Source: an uncultured Armatimonadia bacterium (lineage in GTDB: Bacteria; Armatimonadota; Zipacnadia; CAVVLO01). Taken from it: a stretch of 64,000 bases of DNA. The notes below the pieces were generated by a model. That model did not search any database. It was given only the letters and a program-made list of their open reading frames with translations, and was not told where the DNA came from. Both the position numbers and the translations under genes were made by a program. Of this stretch, positions 50,733 through 59,856 are shown piece by piece (positions within the stretch are counted from its first letter, which is position 1; each line of letters begins with the position of its first letter). The stretch covers positions 32,001 to 96,000 of the forward strand of contig CAVVLO010000001.1 in the NCBI GenBank assembly GCA_963749155.1, given 5' to 3'.

Positions 50733-52109
50733 ATGAGACTAACCTCTACGCTGCTAGTTGCGTTGTTGCTTGCTACACTTGGGCTTGTCGCCCTTGCCGA
50801 GGAGCAGGTTGCCCCCGAGGCGCCTGAGCCCTGGAGCCTTCAGTCGGTGGTGGAGCGTACTCTTGCCGCCTCGCCCCAGCTTGCGGCGGCCAGGCAAGAA
50901 GTCGCGCTTGCCAAAGCTCAACTTGGAGAGGCTGTCTCCTATGGCAAGCCCCAGGTGAAGGCCCAACTCGGATATATCCAGTTGGACAAGGACCCGACCT
51001 TCAAAGTGGCCGGGTTCGGCACGATGACTTTTGGAGAGGCGGATAATCCCTTCTCCAACGTCGCCTTCGAACTGCCCCTTTACACCAGCGGCCAGCTTGA
51101 AAACCTGAAAAAGGCCGCCAGGCATGGAGTAGAAGCCGCAGGCTTCAGCTACGAGCGCGCCGTGCAGGAACTGGCCGCCGAGGCTGCGGTCGCGTGGTTC
51201 CAGGCTCAGACGGCTGCCCAATATATCCAGGTGCTGGAATCTCAACAGACCACGCTCGAGGAAGCCGTCCGGGTTGCCAAGGCGCTTTACATTGAAGGCC
51301 TCGTCGCCAAGGTGGATGTGCTGAGGGCCGAATCCGAACTCGCCAGCGCCCAGGCCTCGCTCACCAAGGCCAGGTCAGGCTTCGGCACGGCTTTGGCTAA
51401 TCTGCGTCGGTTGATGGCGCTGCCCGAGGAGGCGCAAATCAGCCTCTCGGCGCCCGACAGTGGCCAGTTGTTGCTTCCCGAAGGCGAGCTGACCTTGAGC
51501 CGGGCGCTTGAGCTTCGCCCAGAACTCAGGCAACTGGATGCCTATCAGCGCGCTGCGCTGGCGCAGGCTTCCGCAGCCAGGGCTGGCTTGCGTCCTCAGG
51601 TAGGGGTGCAGGCCCAGTGGGATTTCGAGCGGCCCACTACCCATCCCATCTATGGCGACTGGACGCTTGCTGTCGTACTCAGTCAGGCGATTCTCGATGG
51701 CGGTCAGACGAAATCCAAAGCCAAACAGGCTGAAGCTCAGGCAGAACAAGTCGCGGCTAACGCCGAAGCGCTGGCTCAGGGGATTGCGTTGCAGGTTGAG
51801 AAAGCCCACCTCGATGTGGTCGCTGCCGAGGAGAGGCTTCAGGCTACAGAGCAAGCCACCCTGGCCGCGCAGGAAGCCTTCCGGCTGGCTGAAATCGGCT
51901 ACCGCAATCAGGTAAGCTCGATGCTGGAGGTGCTGATGGCACAGACTGCCCTGACCAACACGCGCGTCCAGTGGGCTGTTGCAGATTTTGACCGCAACAC
52001 CGCCAAGGTAGCCCTGCTGCTTGCCTGCGGCTTGCTACCCGAACCGCTTGTCTCACCCGCCCCGGCTGTGGTAACACTTAGCAGCCCCGAAGAGGGCGCG
52101 GGAGGCTAA
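50733..52109 (+). CDS. TolC-family outer membrane efflux protein
   Basis: Signal peptide and two helical OEP repeats (ALELRPEL, AFRLAEIGYRNQ). Follows the RND genes. Confidence 0.9.
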   Translation: MRLTSTLLVALLLATLGLVALAEEQVAPEAPEPWSLQSVVERTLAASPQLAAARQEVALAKAQLGEAVSYGKPQVKAQLGYIQLDKDPTFKVAGFGTMTFGEADNPFSNVAFELPLYTSGQLENLKKAARHGVEAAGFSYERAVQELAAEAAVAWFQAQTAAQYIQVLESQQTTLEEAVRVAKALYIEGLVAKVDVLRAESELASAQASLTKARSGFGTALANLRRLMALPEEAQISLSAPDSGQLLLPEGELTLSRALELRPELRQLDAYQRAALAQASAARAGLRPQVGVQAQWDFERPTTHPIYGDWTLAVVLSQAILDGGQTKSKAKQAEAQAEQVAANAEALAQGIALQVEKAHLDVVAAEERLQATEQATLAAQEAFRLAEIGYRNQVSSMLEVLMAQTALTNTRVQWAVADFDRNTAKVALLLACGLLPEPLVSPAPAVVTLSSPEEGAGG

Positions 52110-52113
52110 TAGC

Positions 52114-52740
52114 TTGCAGCTCCTTGTAATCCGCCACGGCGAATCCGAAGGCAACAAATTGCATCTTATCCAGGGGTGGAAGGAATATCCTCTCTCGCCC
52201 CTGGGCCTGGCTCAGGCAGAGCGCACCGCCAGGAGGCTTGCCCCCCTCGGGCCGATGCCTGTCTATTCGAGCGACCTTGGCCGGGCTCGCCAGACGGCCG
52301 AACTGATTGCTGCCGGTTGGGGGGGTGAAGTTATCTCCGATGCCCGTTGGCGCGAACTGGACTGCGGCCAGTACAATGGCGCTTCTCTGGAAGACTATCG
52401 GCGCGATGTAGCGATGCAGAAGGCCTTCCACGACGATCCCTTCAACACCCCAATGCCTGGTGGAGAGTCTTTCTCGGAGGTCACCAGGCGCGTAATGACT
52501 GCCGTGAGCGAGCTAGCGAAGCTCGAAGTGGAACGCCTGGTTGTGGTGACCCACGATGGCCCGCTACGCGCTTTGATTGTCGACACACTGGGCATCCCTG
52601 CGCGCTGCTTCTGGAATCTCGCCACCGATAATTGTGGCATAACTCGCTTCATACTCGGTGGCAAACGCCCCATCGTCCGCACTGTGAATGAGACCGCCCA
52701 CCTGGAAGAGCTGGAAGGGCTTTCGAGAACCTGGCCCTAG
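52114..52740 (+). CDS. Histidine phosphatase (PGAM family)
   Basis: RHGES, SSDLGRARQTA, PGGES, VVTHDG motifs. TTG start. Confidence 0.88.
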   Translation: MQLLVIRHGESEGNKLHLIQGWKEYPLSPLGLAQAERTARRLAPLGPMPVYSSDLGRARQTAELIAAGWGGEVISDARWRELDCGQYNGASLEDYRRDVAMQKAFHDDPFNTPMPGGESFSEVTRRVMTAVSELAKLEVERLVVVTHDGPLRALIVDTLGIPARCFWNLATDNCGITRFILGGKRPIVRTVNETAHLEELEGLSRTWP

Positions 52741-52833
52741 ACTGCCCCTGCGGTCTTCGCCCTTGGCGCCGCAGTGCAGGACTTATCTCCATGACCGCCA
52801 AACTCCGGCCACTAGCAAATCGGATGTGATGAG

Positions 52834-55800
52834 ATGAGACAGTGTTTACTGGGGCTCTGCGCCTTGCTTCTAATGCTCTCAGGCCAGGTGATGGCGATGG
52901 AATCGCTGTGGCAGATTGGTGTTTTCGACCAGAATTATGACGAGTTCGCCTGCGCGCGCAACTATGGGGCCTTTCCAGCGACCTTTCCCCAGGATTTGCG
53001 TTATGTGGTGGGGCAGTCTAAGCCTGGCCAGGACTGGAGCTTCATCCAGCCTGGGCCGGCTGATGCGTGGGCAGGCGGCAGAGAACACCCCTTCGTGGTG
53101 CAGTTCTCCCTCGAGGCCGTCCCAACCACCCCTCTGAAACTGGTCATCTCGATGGTGGACGCCCATTATGGCGCCTCGGTGCCGTTGCATATCCGCCTGA
53201 ACGAAGCGGAAGGCACTTTCCAATTGCCTGTTGGGAAAAGCGATGCCAGTCTCACCGATCCGGCCGCTGGGGTGCAGCCCCAGCTCAGTTTTCTGGTGCC
53301 CGAGGGAGTGCTTAAGACAGGGACAAAACACGCTGACGCTCATCTCGCAGGGCTCCTGGATTCTCTACGATGCCCTCGCCTTGCAACTTGCGCCCGAGGA
53401 AGCTGGCAAGCAGAGCTCTCTTGCTAATCTGAATATCCAGCCGACCCCTTTGCTCAAGCGGCAACAGGGGCAAGAAGCACTGCTTCAGATTGTAAGAGCG
53501 CGCGTTGATGTTTCCGGTCAGCCAGGCAAGATTACTTTCGAAGTGGCAGGGCCCGACTGGAAGAAAACTTTCGAGGCTACCTGCCAGCTGGCGATTGGCA
53601 CTTTCACCACTGACTTGCTGCTGCCAGAGCGCAAGGCCTCCGAGCAGGTTACAGTCACTGCCAGGATGGGTCAGAGTATCGCAAGCGCAGAGGTTACTCT
53701 GGCACCTGTAAAGCGCTGGCATATCTTCCTGGCTACTTCGGCCCACACCGATATCGGCTACACCGACCGCCAGGACCGGGTCGAACTGGTACACGATTAC
53801 AATACCGAACTGGCGCTGCTTCAGGTGGAGGAGTACCCGGCCTTCGCCTGGACACTGGAAACGAGCTGGCAGGCTGAGAACTTCGCCCGCAAGTATCCAC
53901 TAGCCGAGGTAGAGAAGCTCTATCAAGCTATGCGAGACGGCCGCCTAGGCCTGAACGCAGGCTATCTCAATATGCTGACAGGCCTTTGCAGCCATGAAGA
54001 ACTCAATCGCTGGCTCTATTATTCGGCCTCGCTACATCGTAAATATGGTGTGCCCTTCGAGTTCGCAAGCACGACCGATGTGCCCTCTCAGGTGTGGAGT
54101 ATACCAACTACCCTCGTGGCGGCCGGCGTGAAGTATTATGCCTGCGGTATCAACAGTTACAGAGGTCCCTTCGGCGCCTATTGGTCAGGTCACCCCTACT
54201 GGTGGGAAGGTCCTGATGGTTCGAAGGTCCTGGCTTATTTTGCGCCAGGTTATGCCCATGCGATGTCGATGCTTTCCACCCGAGAGCAGTTGCTGGGCTG
54301 GATGATTGCCGCCACTAACCGAGGCGCCGACTTCCCCTGGGATGCCCTTTATGCCTATGGGGGTATCTCGGACAATATGCGACTGCCCGAAAGCTACGCC
54401 AGCGTTGCCCAGTGGTGGGCGGACGAATACGAATATCCCAAGCTCCACATTGGCCCGAGCGAGGACTACTTCCATTATATGGAGGCCAATTGGGGCGATA
54501 CTCTCCCTGCTATCAAGGGCGACGCCGGCGTTTATTGGGAGGACGGCGCTGCCTCCTCCGCCTTCGAGACGGCAATCAACCGCAATGCCCACGAGTTGGC
54601 CTCCCACGCTGATTCCCTGTTCGCCGTGACGCGCACTCAAGAGGAATATCGCCCGCCGAAGCAGCGCGAGCTATATAACCTGTGGAAAGACATCCTGCTT
54701 TTCGATGAGCATACCTGGGGGGCCGCAGGAAGCATATCGGATCCCGACGGCGCGCAGACTCGAGAGCAATGGGAAGTGAAGGCCGACTTCGCCGAGCGCG
54801 CCCGGGACGTTTCCGAGCTCCTCGCCGAGGAGGGGATGCAGCGGCTTGCAGCGCAGATCGGCACTGCCGGCCCCTCGGTTGTAGTCTTCAACGGCACCGG
54901 CTGGGAGCGGAAGGCTACTTTCGTCTCGATGCCCACGCTTGTTGGTCATATACCGGCCGATCCAGTCACCGGTAAGCCGCTGCCCACAGTGCAGGACAGC
55001 AGCCAGTTGCTGTTCCGGGTGCCGTTCATCCCGGCCTGGGGATATGTGAGTTTGCCCCTTATCGGGGGCCAGCCGGTCAAGGCAGAGGACGTCGCGCTCT
55101 CTGGCGAGCCAGTGCTTGAGAACGCCCGTTATCGCGCCGAATTCGATACCAAGACCGGGGCTATCAGCAGCCTGCTGGATAAGGCCACAGGACGAGAATT
55201 GGCCGATCCCGAGGCGCCTTACGGACTTGGAGAGTATCTCTATGTCTCCGGTGGAGACGATACGGATATGATTTTCCCCGGTACAGGACGCGCGCCCGAA
55301 CCTGACAGTGCATCAGCCGGAAGGCGCGCGCTTCCAACTGCAGCGACTGCCTGGCCTGGGCATCCGGATGGTCGTCACGGCGAGCTGTGAGAAGACGCCA
55401 GAGCTGGTTTCAACCTGGACCTTATGGGACGACAGCCCCCGCGTAGACCTCGAAGTGGCTCTGAACAAGCAGTCCGAGCGCCGGAAGGAGGCCGTCTATG
55501 TGGCCTTCCCCTTCAACGCGACCGACCCAACCGTGCGTCTGGAGCTGCCAAATGGAGTAGTAGATGCCGGCAAGGATATGCTGCCCAGCGCCTGCCTCGA
55601 GTGGTTCTCGCCCCAGCATTGGGTGCGCGTGGCAGGCAACGACGCTCGCCTCGCCTGGACCAGCCTGGATGCACCGCTGGTGACGCTGGAAACCATAAAC
55701 GAGGGACGCTGGCCGAAAGAGTTAAAAATCGAGCAAGGCTGGATTTTCAGCTATCCGATGAACAACTACTGGCCGACCAACTACAAGGCTGACCAGGGCG

Positions 55801-56201
55801 GTCGAATGTGCTTCCGCTACAGCTTCGACCCGACGGCGGGCGGGAGTGACGCGGACGCGGCGCGTTTTGGCTGGCAGGCACAGAGCCCAGTCCTCGCGTA
55901 TGCCGGGGCTTCTGGGCAATCTGGTGGACTACCGCAACAGGGCAGCTTCATTAAGCTAGACCGCGATGATGTCGTCGTGACCGCTGTCAAGGCGCCTGAA
56001 GAAGGTCGCGGCCTTATCGTGCGGCTGTGGTCGCTAGCCCCCAGGGAAGTGACTGTGCGCGTCAAGGCGCCGCTCTTCGACTGGCGGACGGCTACTCTCT
56101 GCAACCTGGTGGAAGCTCCGCTCGGATCGCTTGAGGTGGACTCAGGCGCGGCGGTGGTTAAGCTCTCTCCCCAGCGCCCGACGACGATCAGGCTGGAATA
56201 A
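52834..56201 (+). CDS. Secreted GH38 alpha-mannosidase-like protein with N-terminal PL4 domain-III-like module; +1 frameshifts at ~53321 and ~55296
   Basis: HTDIGYT, DVPSQ, WWEGPDGSKVL, YWEDGAASSA, FDEHTWG, MNNYWPTNY. Three ORFs join after removing one G and one C. Confidence 0.82.
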
Positions 56202-56222
56202 CGCGGCCAAGTTTTAGAAACT

Positions 56223-56247
56223 GGGCGGGTCTCAGGCCCGCCCCTAC
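56223..56247 (-). repeat. GTAG-family REP copy 1
   Basis: Minus strand GTAG-GGGCGGGCC-TGA-GACCCGCCC. Confidence 0.85.
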
Positions 56248-56286
56248 AGGAATAAACTGTCCCAGCAGAGCACGGGAGGAAGCTTT

Positions 56287-56838
56287 CTGAGGTACGATCC
56301 TTTCCAGCACGACAGGCACTCGATTAGGCTGAAGGGCTACGATTATCGTGGCCAAGCGGTCTACTTCGTTACTTCCGTTTCGATGGGACGCGAGTGTCTT
56401 TTCGGCGAGGTCCTTGGCGGCAGGATGCGATTGAATGCCCAGGGTGAGCTAGTGAAGCAGGTATGGGAGGAACTCCCGCACCATTATGTCGGGGTGGCGC
56501 TAGACGCCTTCGTTGTAATGCCTAACCACATACACGGGCTAGTTGCGCTCGAAGCCCCTGTAGGGGCGGGTCTGAGACCCGCCCAGCCTTTAAGGGACGA
56601 CCAGTCTCCAGGCGAAGGCTTGCCCGAAGTGATGCGGGCGTTCAAGTCCTTCTCAGCCAGGCGCATAAACGAGTCAAGAGATAATCCAGGCGCGGCGGTC
56701 TGGCAACGCGGGTATTTCGATCACATCGTGCGTGACAGGTCTTCCCTGGTTACGCTGAGGTACTATATCAAGGCTAACCCATCGAACTGGGCCGAAGACG
56801 AAGAAAACCCAGGCCGGATTGGCATGATTGAGTGCTAG
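56287..56838 (+). CDS. REP-associated tyrosine transposase (RAYT/TnpA-REP, Y1 HUH)
   Basis: RHSIRLKGYDY, YFVT, VVMPNHIHG (HUH), FKSFS, WQRGYFDHIVR, YIKANP. The frame is open to a CTG at 56287, 7 nt after GGGAGG. Confidence 0.9.
   Translation: MRYDPFQHDRHSIRLKGYDYRGQAVYFVTSVSMGRECLFGEVLGGRMRLNAQGELVKQVWEELPHHYVGVALDAFVVMPNHIHGLVALEAPVGAGLRPAQPLRDDQSPGEGLPEVMRAFKSFSARRINESRDNPGAAVWQRGYFDHIVRDRSSLVTLRYYIKANPSNWAEDEENPGRIGMIEC
56560..56584 (+). repeat. GTAG-family REP copy 2, inside the RAYT CDS
   Basis: GTAG-GGGCGGGTC-TGA-GACCCGCCC, translated in frame as VGAGLRPA. Confidence 0.88.
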
Positions 56839-56895
56839 AAGAGCGGATTCTGGGCTTCAGAGAACCCACCTGGTAGAAATATGGACAGAGAAACT

Positions 56896-56920
56896 GGGCG
56901 GGTCTCAGACCCGCCCCTAC
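56896..56920 (-). repeat. GTAG-family REP copy 3
   Basis: Exact reverse complement of copy 2. Confidence 0.88.
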
Positions 56921-56934
56921 ACAAGAATGTCCAG

Positions 56935-56962
56935 GCAGGGGGAGACTTCCCCCTGCGTTGTT
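56935..56962 (+). terminator. Hairpin, possible terminator
   Basis: GCAGGGGGA-GACT-TCCCCCTGC followed by GTTGTT. Confidence 0.5.
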
Positions 56963-56989
56963 TGGATGTAACTAAGTCAGGAGGACCAA

Positions 56990-57316
56990 ATGGCAAAGGT
57001 AGAACAAACAATCAAGGCGGGCATCTGTGGATTTACGACTAAGCTGGCCGCCAGCTCTGATGACGGCGAGACGGTAAAGTTCGAAGTGGAGAGCGATTGC
57101 CCCAACATAAAGGCTTTGGCCGAGGCGCTGCCGGAGCTTGATGCTTATGGCGAACTGGCCGCAGGCTATGAGGGAGAGCTCTGGACTGCGGCGAAGTCGA
57201 GTGTCACGAAGTGCTGTGTGGGCTGCGTGGTGCCAGTGGGGCTTTATAAGGCGATGCAGGTAGCCGCCGGCCTCGCGCTGCCCGCCGATGTAAGTCTTAG
57301 CTTCCAGAAAAAGTAA
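56990..57316 (+). CDS. Small Cys-rich conserved protein (DUF6951-like)
   Basis: GICGF, ESDCPNI, CVVP...LALPADV pattern. RBS AGGAGG. Confidence 0.65.
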   Translation: MAKVEQTIKAGICGFTTKLAASSDDGETVKFEVESDCPNIKALAEALPELDAYGELAAGYEGELWTAAKSSVTKCCVGCVVPVGLYKAMQVAAGLALPADVSLSFQKK

Positions 57317-57332
57317 GCCACTGGGAGAAGCA

Positions 57333-59856
57333 ATGAAAATCGCTCTCGCCCAGGCGATATTACTTGTCGCACTAGCCGGGTTTGCCTGGCCGGCCGAGTT
57401 GCCCTGGAGCCAAACCACCTTCGACGCTAATGAGGGCTGGGAGTGGACCTTGGCAGAGGACATATCGCCGCTGCTTTCCATTGGCGCCCACTACATCACC
57501 CTGCCGGCTGACGAAGCCAACTGGGAAGAAGGGCTGGCGGCGCTACGCAAGTGGCGGGACGACTCTCGCAAGACGGCTCACTCGCTGGAAGGCAAAGTCC
57601 TCAGCGCGCACTATGACGGTGTCAGGGCATGGATTAGACTCAATCGCGAGGCCGCCTGGGCCGCCGACTTGCAGCCTGGCGAACGACTAATCCTGCGGGG
57701 AGAAGCGCGCTGGGTAGAAGGCCCTATGGAACTGCTTGCGGCCTTCGACTACTGCGATCGCTCTACCGAATCGAGAGGGCAGCAGCAAAGTTGGTCGACA
57801 ACTCAGGCCACGGCCAAGCTCCTCCCCGATGGAGAGTGGCATGACTTCGAGCTGACCGGGACAGTGCCCGCCTTCGACACCAACCGCCATTGGGTGCGGC
57901 CAATCTTCGGTTTCGATGCGACCTGGGATCCTGCTCCCGGTCAGGCTCAGTTACGTAATCTGCGGCTGGAAGTGCCTGATGCGCCAGGCAGGCAGCTTCC
58001 CGTGGTGGAAACGCCGACGCCCGGCTTCGATGATGCCCTCTACACCCGGCCCGACCTGGTATGGAGCCAGCGTAACTTTGTCTGTGGCTTCTTGATGGTC
58101 TGGGACGAGGCGCTCTGGGACACCGCCGGCAGCCGCTGGCGGGTGGAAGAGGTGCTGGAAGAAGCCCAGCGAGAGTTTGGCGGCTGGGATTCTGTGGTGC
58201 TGTGGCCAGCTTATCCGCGAATCGGCGCCGACCAGCGCAACCAGTTCGACTTCTGCCGCGACCTGCCGGGCGGTCTTGCAGGGCTTCGCGAGGTAGTTGG
58301 GCGCTTTCACACCGCGGGGGTGAAGGTCTTCCTCCCGTACAACCCCTGGGACACCGGCACCAGGCGCGAACCAGTCAGCGATGAAACCGCTCTGGCTCAG
58401 CTCGCGGCCGCCACCGAATTGCGATGGATTATTTCTGGACACGATGCTGCAGGCGCCTCCGGGGCTGCGCGAAGAAGTTGACGACGCCAGGCTGGGGGTC
58501 GTCTTCGAGCCGGAGGGCTGGGTCACCCTCGAGGAGCAGGAGCGCTGCACCTCTTCCTGGGCCCAGTGGGCGCCCGAGCCTGGCGTCTTGCGCAGCAAGT
58601 GGCTAGAGCAGCGCCATATGCAGCACGCTATCCTGCGCTGGAATGCCTCTCACCAGGACGAGCTTGCCTCTGCGTGGCTGAACGGTAGCGGCGTGCTGGT
58701 GTGGGAGAATATCTTCGGCGCGTGGAATCCGTGGCGCGCCGAGGATCGAGCAACACTGAGACGGATGGCCCCCGTATGGCGCCAGTTTGCTTCTCTGCTG
58801 GCCGATGGAGAGTGGCTGCCGTGCGTGCCGACGGGCTCCTCTTCCCTCCAGGCGACTCTCTGGCAGGCTCCCGGAAGGCGCCTGTGGTGCTTTGAAAGGA
58901 AAGGCGAGGGGGGCGAACTGGTGGTTAGGCTCTCCGGAGAACGCCTTTTCGACCTGTGGACTGGTCAGGAGCTACTTGAAAGTGGCACGACACGCGAGGT
59001 CAGCTTGCCCTGTACAGGTCACCTCGGGGCGGTTCTCGCCGTTGTACCGGAGCAGGTCACGCCTGAGCTTTATGGCCTGCTGCGTCACCAGCGCGCTGAA
59101 ACCAAGCGGTTGGTGCCTGCACCGGAGCAGGATACCCATGTTCAAGCTCTGCCCTTGACTGAGGCAAAGTCTGCACCCGAGGTCACTGATCCACCGCGCT
59201 CCACCGAGGGGATGCTGCCGCTCACGGGCGGGCGCTTCCACTTCGACCTCGCCCATGTGCGGCGCGAGTGTGGTTGCTATCCCGATCCAGGCACGCCTGA
59301 AAACGACGCTTGGCCACGGTTCCTTGGTGGGTGGGACTTTCTGGGGACACTGGAGCACCACCTGGATATGGACGTTGCGCCGGGCCTGATAGATGCCAAG
59401 CCGATTACCAACGGGCAGTTCGAGATTTTTCTGGCCGCAACGGGCTATCAGCCAGAAGACAAGACCAACTTCCTCAAACACTGGAGCGGGCCAAGGTGCC
59501 CGGAGGCACTGCGAGACCAGCCGGTGGTCTATGTGGACCTTACCGATGCGCGCGCCTGCGCCGCCTGGGCAGGCAAACGACTGCCGACCGAGTGGGAATG
59601 GCAGCGAGGGGCGGAGGAGCACCCTGGCGACTTCCAGTACGGCCAGGTGTGGGAGTGGACCGAGTCCGAACGCGACGATGGCCACAACCGCTTTGTGATG
59701 GTGCGCGGCGGCTGCGAGTGGCGCGCCGAAGGGTCCATCTGGTACTTCCCAACAGGCCTTCAGCCAGTGAACTCGCATGCCAAGTTTCTGTTGATGTATC
59801 CGGGCTATGACCGCTGTGCGACGATTGGTTTCCGCTGTGTTTCTCCTCTGAGGTGA
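57333..59856 (+). CDS. Secreted SUMF1/FGE-sulfatase-domain protein with upstream GH-like barrel; +1 frameshift at ~58417-58420
   Basis: VLWPAYPRIGADQRNQFD, PYNPWDTGTRRE, then DGLFLDT after correction. C-terminal ITNGQF, PVVYV, KRLPTEWEWQ, VWEWT, IGFRCV. Confidence 0.78.

Larger units (their letters stand above)
56216..56921. mobile_element. REPtron-like locus: RAYT gene bracketed by 33-bp direct repeats containing GTAG REPs
   Basis: AGAAACTGGGCGGGTCTCAG(G/A)CCCGCCCCTACA at 56216-56248 and 56889-56921 (one mismatch) flank a tyrosine transposase gene. Confidence 0.8.

Noticed and set aside
52834..56201. Pseudogene or programmed-frameshift interpretation of the split genes
   Set aside because: No slippery heptamers or stimulatory structures and no accumulated stops. 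The pattern fits sequencing indels.
56287..56838. IS200/IS605 insertion sequence
   Set aside because: No tnpB. The motifs (SIRLKGYDY, MPNHIH, WQRGYFDHIVR) and the GTAG REPs indicate RAYT.
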